From a virus (lineage: Duplodnaviria; Caudoviricetes), in IMG/VR virus record IMGVR_UViG_2907208306_000002, positions 63,741 to 127,740 of that record: a stretch of 64,000 nucleotides of DNA. One strand, written 5' to 3'. Every line of letters begins with the position of its first letter. The first letter of the stretch is position 1. Under the pieces are notes generated by a model. The model saw only the letters and a list, made by a program, of their open reading frames with translations, had not been told where the DNA came from and did no database searches. This document shows positions 58,912-64,000 of the stretch, one piece after another. A program made the translations under genes and the position numbers.

Positions 58912-59286
58912 GTGAGTCGACATAAAAAGTTCATTGCATTTTGTCTTAAGAAAGCTAGGAAGAATCGTATCGATAATTACCGACTTGCAGCGACGATAAT
59001 CAAGGGAGGCAGAGTTATTGCTGTAGGAGTCAACTCAAATAAGGCCGGTTGTCTAATTGACCCATTGTACGAAAACAAGGGAGTTCATGCTGAATTGGAT
59101 GCACTTTGCAAACTCTCTGAGAAGCAAATAAAGGGATCAATTATGTATGTAGCAGGTTGGAGTAAGGCAAACAATATGATCACCTCAAAACCCTGTCCAA
59201 AGTGTCAGGAATACATGAAAAAGTTTGATTTGAAAGCAGTATACTATTCGATGCCGAATGGTGAATATGAGGAGTTAACTATTTAG
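58912..59286 (+). CDS. Cytidine/dCMP deaminase-family protein
   Basis: HAE and PCPKC zinc motifs. Confidence 0.85.
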   Translation: MSRHKKFIAFCLKKARKNRIDNYRLAATIIKGGRVIAVGVNSNKAGCLIDPLYENKGVHAELDALCKLSEKQIKGSIMYVAGWSKANNMITSKPCPKCQEYMKKFDLKAVYYSMPNGEYEELTI

Positions 59287-59518
59287 AGGAGGTGGTTAAT
59301 TGAATTTAGAGTTATTCACTAAATACTATGTAGATTGCGGAGGTAGTGATGAGTTTCAAGGTTGGAATTTGATTGTGCTGCGAACAAAACCATTTCAATT
59401 TAGATGGTTCACGGATTGTGGTTATCATTTCTTATACATTAATTTGGGTAAGAAGTGTTGGAGAGTTGTTTGATGGCATTTAATTTTATACAGATAACTA
59501 TTATGAAAGGAGTAAACA

Positions 59519-60502
59519 TTGATAGTGAAGCTATGTGAGATTTGCGGTTCCGGTGAAAGAGTGAGCTTTGTTAAGAAATCTAGGAACGAAAAGTATTTAG
59601 GAATGAATATATGTCATAAACATCGTCAGCAAATTTATAGAAATGGCAAAATAACTGATAATATGCGTTCACGAAGAAATGATGAAAGGATCTGCGATAT
59701 TTGCAAAGACGGATTTGACGTAAGGCAATGTGGATTAAATGGGAACTATAATGGTTTTTTATTGTGTCGAAAGCATTATCACCAAGTAAGAGCGACTGGT
59801 AGCATAGTTGATGCAAATAAAAGCCACCGTGATAGAGATAGGATTTGCGAGGTGTGCAATAAGGAAGATGCTATTTATTGCAGCGAGTTAGATAAGATGC
59901 TTTGCAGAAGACACTATGATCAAGTTTGGAATTATGGAAAGATTTTCGAAAGGACTGTTTTCGATTCGAATGATATCGTTAAATATGATACATATGCAGA
60001 AGTGATTTTGTATAATTCTAAGCACATTGAAAAAGGAAGGGTAAAAATAGATTTAGAAGATGTGGAGCATCTTTCAAAATATAAATGGTATCTTGATACA
60101 TGGGGTTATGCTTCTACTGGCAATGGAAATGGAGGCACAAAGTCAGTGATGATGCAAAGGTTAATCATGGATGTAGAGAAAGGAGAGATTGTTGATCATA
60201 TAAATAGAGACACGCTAGATAATCGGAAAGAGAACTTGAGAATTGCCGATAAATCATTGAATGCTGTAAATGCAGGTTTGCGTACCAATAATACAAGTGG
60301 CGTTACGGGAGTATCTTTCAACAAACATGCAAACTGTTGGCGAATTTATATTAACTACCAGGGAAAGCGTATAGAGTTAGGTTATAAAAAGGACTATTGC
60401 GATGCAGTTGTAGCGAGATTATTAGCTGAAAAGGAATACTATCCAGAACATCCACCACAAAAACATCTATTCGAAGAATATGGGGTATTATACGATGAGT
60501 GA
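59519..60502 (+). CDS. HNH-AP2 homing endonuclease with three N-terminal zinc-binding repeats
   Basis: VDHINRDTLDNRKENLR, NNTSGVTGV...W; three CxxC...CxxH repeats. Confidence 0.85.
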   Translation: MIVKLCEICGSGERVSFVKKSRNEKYLGMNICHKHRQQIYRNGKITDNMRSRRNDERICDICKDGFDVRQCGLNGNYNGFLLCRKHYHQVRATGSIVDANKSHRDRDRICEVCNKEDAIYCSELDKMLCRRHYDQVWNYGKIFERTVFDSNDIVKYDTYAEVILYNSKHIEKGRVKIDLEDVEHLSKYKWYLDTWGYASTGNGNGGTKSVMMQRLIMDVEKGEIVDHINRDTLDNRKENLRIADKSLNAVNAGLRTNNTSGVTGVSFNKHANCWRIYINYQGKRIELGYKKDYCDAVVARLLAEKEYYPEHPPQKHLFEEYGVLYDE

Positions 60503-63500
60503 TAACTACGTCTTATACCATCTGCACTCCGATGCAAGTAATCCATCGAGTTCAATGTCTATGGACTCAATAACTAAATTTGAAGAATATATTAATGCCG
60601 CCGAAAAAAACGAGATGACTGCTATCTGCTTCTCGGAACATGGGAATATCTTCAACTGGGTTAACAAGAAGAAAACAGTTGAATCCAAAGGATTAAAATA
60701 CATACATGCGAACGAAGTTTATCTTACCGAACACAATGATAGAGAGCGTGGTTTAATAAGAGATAATTATCACTATATGCTTATTGCAAAAAATTGGGAT
60801 GGGGTCAAGGAGTTAAACAAACTAACATCCATTTCGAATGATAAGCTTGATGGTCATTATTACTATAATCCTCGCGTAACGTTTGAGGAACTATTCAATA
60901 CTTCAGATAACATAATTATGACCTCAGCCTGTCTTGCTTCGCCATTATGGAGAGCACTAAAAAATGATAATAAGCAGATGCTAAACATGTTTATGGATTT
61001 CTTTGTGAAAAATAAGCATCGTATGTTTTTTGAAATTCAGTATCACTCACACCCAGAACAAAAATTATTCAACCAACATCTATACGAACTATCTAAGGAG
61101 ACAGGTATTCCTTTGATTGCTGGCACTGACACTCATGCTTTGAATAGAGATCAGGCAGAGGCAAGAAAGATACTTATGAAGGCAAAGGGTGCTACGTATG
61201 GAGACGAAGATTCTTTTGATTTAACATTTAAAACTTATCCCGAACTAGTGAGAATGTTTGAAGAGCAAAGTGCAATCCCACGAAGCGCTTATCTGGAGGC
61301 TATTTACAACACCAATGTAATGGCGAATATGGTTGAAGAGTTCACTTTAGATAAGTCAGCTAAATATCCTAAGATTCACGAAGATTCAGAGAAGGTGTTT
61401 AAAGAAAAAATTAATATCGGTGTAAAAGAGCATGGAATTAATAAATTCCAAACTGAGAAGCGACAAGAGTATTTCAAGAGAATACGTGAAGAGTTTGATA
61501 CATATAAAGCCGTAGGTGCAATAGACTACATGCTGCTGCAGAAAGATGTTGTTGATTGGGCACATAGCAACGGAATATATCAAGGATATGGTAGGGGATC
61601 GGTAAACGGAAGTTTAATTGCGTACCTGTTGAAGATCACTGAAATGGACAGTATTAAGCACAAATTGAACTTCTTCAGATTCCTTAATCCAGAACGCATC
61701 TCTCTAGCTGATATTGATCTGGATTGGCCACCAAGTAAAAGACAGGATGTTATTGATTATGTAGCATCAATACCAGGGATTCATTTTTCTGAGATAATCA
61801 CATTTAACACTATCGCACTAAAAGGAGCCATTAGAGAAGTTGGGCGAGCTTTAGGTATGGAATTATCCTTAGTCGATGAGATAGCAAAATCCGTATTCAA
61901 AGATGAGAAAAAGAAGGATACCGTAGATCGTCGGTATAGAGAACAGTACCCAGAACTATTCAAATATGTGGATTTGGTACAGGGAGTAATAATGAGTATT
62001 GGTTCTCACCCATCTGGATATGTTGTATCGCCAATTAGCTTGGACGATAATATTGGGTTGTGCTTCACCAAGGAGAGTAAATATCCTGTTAGTCAAATCA
62101 ATATGAAAGAGCTAGATGGATTAAACTATGTAAAGCTTGATATCCTTGGACTTGATAACATCGAAATCATTAACGAAACGTGTAAACTAGCAGGAATTGA
62201 TAGATTGGTTCCAGACAACATGGACGTTAATGATGAGAATGTTTGGAACTCAATTAGAGAATCGGGCTTAGGGATATTTCAATGGGAAAGCGTTAGCGCT
62301 CAAGCCTACCTCAAAGACCTGTTGAGTCCTGAAACAATACATAAAATCAAACAGCAACACCCGAACTTTAGTTACATTGAGTTATTTTCAATTGGAAATG
62401 GTGCAATCCGACCATCAGGTGACTCATATAGACAGGCGTTGGCAAACGGAATATTTAAAGATCACGGTCACTCTGCACTAAATAAGTTCTTGGAAAATAC
62501 AATCGGATATCTCGTTTATCAAGAACAAATCATGAATTTCCTGGTTGAGTTCTGCGATTTCTCAATGGCTGAAAGCGATAGTGTAAGGCGGGGATTGTCA
62601 AAAAAAGAAGGCACTGAAAAGTTTTTGCCAGAGATTCGAAAAAGATTTATTAATAAAATGATAAAAGAATATCAAGAGACTGAAGAAGCTGCCATTTCAG
62701 TACTTGAACCATTTTTGCAAGTTATTGATGATGCCCAGCGCTATGGATTTTCTGATAACCATTCGAATCCTTATTCTCATATCGGTTACGGAAATGGATA
62801 CTTACGCTATTATTATCCGTTGGCCTTCTTAACGGTAATGCTGAATATAAATAAGGACGACATCGAGAAGACAGGTCAGATAATTGAATATGCAAAGACA
62901 AGAGGAATTGAAATATCGCCAATCAAGTTTGGTAAATCTGGATCATCTTATTCTTATAACGAAACTGATAATATGATTTACAAAGGATTAGAATCTATAA
63001 AGTTCCTTAATGCTAATATTGCAAACGAGCTGCTCCAATTAAGCAAAAATAAATATAGTGATTTCATGTCCTTGCTAGCCGATGTAACAGAAAAAACATC
63101 GGTAAATTCAAAACAGTTAAAGATTCTAATCAGACTCAACTTTTTTTCCGAGTTCGGTAATAGCAGTCTCCTTCTTAAACTACATGAAGAGTTCTCTGAA
63201 GGAAAGATAAAATACGGTAAAAACTTAAAGTCAAAACTGCAAAGGTTAGAGAGTTTGATTGAATATGAGCATAAGATCAGAAAAGAAGACTCTATTCCTG
63301 ATACATTGCCAAATGACGAAGTGATGTTTCACAAGGAGATGTTAGGTTATGCCGATATTAAATATCCTCATGTCTCTCCTGGATGGTGTGTTCTTACTGA
63401 ATTGGATACCAAGTATTCTCCCAAATTAACACTATACAACCTAAAAACCGGACAAGAACGAATATTTAAGATGGACAAGAAAACATTTAACGTAAAAGAT

Positions 63501-63671
63501 AATTCTTTGAAAATTAATAAGGGCGATTTGATTAGGATTGATAGCTTCATAAAGAAACAGAGGCAAGTACCTGACGGCAAGGGCGGTTTTAAACCAACTG
63601 ATCAAACAGATGTATGGATAACAGGTTACACAAAATACAGCGACAAGGAGACTTTAAATGGAATTAAGTAA
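60495..63671 (+). CDS. dnaE: DNA polymerase III alpha subunit (DnaE, YorL-like)
   Basis: PHP HLHS, GRGS, ADIDLD, GSHPSG, KLDILGL, VYQEQ. Confidence 0.95.
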   Translation: MSDNYVLYHLHSDASNPSSSMSMDSITKFEEYINAAEKNEMTAICFSEHGNIFNWVNKKKTVESKGLKYIHANEVYLTEHNDRERGLIRDNYHYMLIAKNWDGVKELNKLTSISNDKLDGHYYYNPRVTFEELFNTSDNIIMTSACLASPLWRALKNDNKQMLNMFMDFFVKNKHRMFFEIQYHSHPEQKLFNQHLYELSKETGIPLIAGTDTHALNRDQAEARKILMKAKGATYGDEDSFDLTFKTYPELVRMFEEQSAIPRSAYLEAIYNTNVMANMVEEFTLDKSAKYPKIHEDSEKVFKEKINIGVKEHGINKFQTEKRQEYFKRIREEFDTYKAVGAIDYMLLQKDVVDWAHSNGIYQGYGRGSVNGSLIAYLLKITEMDSIKHKLNFFRFLNPERISLADIDLDWPPSKRQDVIDYVASIPGIHFSEIITFNTIALKGAIREVGRALGMELSLVDEIAKSVFKDEKKKDTVDRRYREQYPELFKYVDLVQGVIMSIGSHPSGYVVSPISLDDNIGLCFTKESKYPVSQINMKELDGLNYVKLDILGLDNIEIINETCKLAGIDRLVPDNMDVNDENVWNSIRESGLGIFQWESVSAQAYLKDLLSPETIHKIKQQHPNFSYIELFSIGNGAIRPSGDSYRQALANGIFKDHGHSALNKFLENTIGYLVYQEQIMNFLVEFCDFSMAESDSVRRGLSKKEGTEKFLPEIRKRFINKMIKEYQETEEAAISVLEPFLQVIDDAQRYGFSDNHSNPYSHIGYGNGYLRYYYPLAFLTVMLNINKDDIEKTGQIIEYAKTRGIEISPIKFGKSGSSYSYNETDNMIYKGLESIKFLNANIANELLQLSKNKYSDFMSLLADVTEKTSVNSKQLKILIRLNFFSEFGNSSLLLKLHEEFSEGKIKYGKNLKSKLQRLESLIEYEHKIRKEDSIPDTLPNDEVMFHKEMLGYADIKYPHVSPGWCVLTELDTKYSPKLTLYNLKTGQERIFKMDKKTFNVKDNSLKINKGDLIRIDSFIKKQRQVPDGKGGFKPTDQTDVWITGYTKYSDKETLNGIK

Positions 63672-63769
63672 AAAGCAAATTGAAAAAATATTAGGAAAGA
63701 ATATCTCGGATTCAGATTATATTGAATATTTAATTTATACGTATCAGCAGCTCAAAAAGGACGAAGAAA

Positions 63770-64000
63770 ATGGGCAGTCTTGATAGATTTGAAAATCCAT
63801 ACTACCAAAAACGATTCCCTGATCCACAAGAAAAGGAAGTGATGGAATACTCAACTTGTTCGGGGTGCAGAAAGATTGTAACCAATCAAGAAGTTGATGA
63901 TGGTGAGGTTTTAGATGTCTACGGAATGGTCGTTCATGATGATTATTCATGTTTGAAAAAAGCAGTAGAAGCAAGAACAATTTATTTAGATAAGGAATGA
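63770..64000 (+). CDS. Small zinc-binding hypothetical protein
   Basis: CSGC...H...C. Confidence 0.6.
   Translation: MGSLDRFENPYYQKRFPDPQEKEVMEYSTCSGCRKIVTNQEVDDGEVLDVYGMVVHDDYSCLKKAVEARTIYLDKE

Overview
The whole window looks like the early (regulation, replication, nucleotide metabolism) region of a large, AT-rich SPbeta-like temperate phage or prophage of a spore-forming Bacillales host; Paenibacillus-like is my inference. No virion or lysis genes are visible. Recognisable core: the end of a YopQ-like gene and a degenerate tyrosine-recombinase-fold protein like the SPbeta master repressor YopR/MrpR, two tRNAs, SSB-like and AAA proteins, helicase, primase, RecJ, DnaE, ATP ligase, NrdI/NrdE (with intein)/NrdF, dUTPase, ThyX, a LexA-boxed UvrX-YolD cassette and four HNH genes. 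About 90 small hypothetical genes are interspersed. Main candidates for undescribed biology: (1) an Agr-like cyclic-lactone peptide cassette with no kinase or receiver domain (membrane protein, agrB, agrD, stand-alone LytTR), placed right after the repressor gene and followed by an SOS-boxed effector unit; (2) more than 30 copies of an 18-bp palindrome, ATRAAA-N6-TTTBAT, at the stop-codon/RBS junctions of the small genes, resembling a recombinase-built gene-cassette array; (3) a reverse-strand TubR-TubZ-pilin-like-ATPase module with sporulation sigma-like promoters, in the same element as a ParM/ParR pair; (4) frequent non-canonical start codons. All family assignments come from reading motifs by eye; no database search was run.
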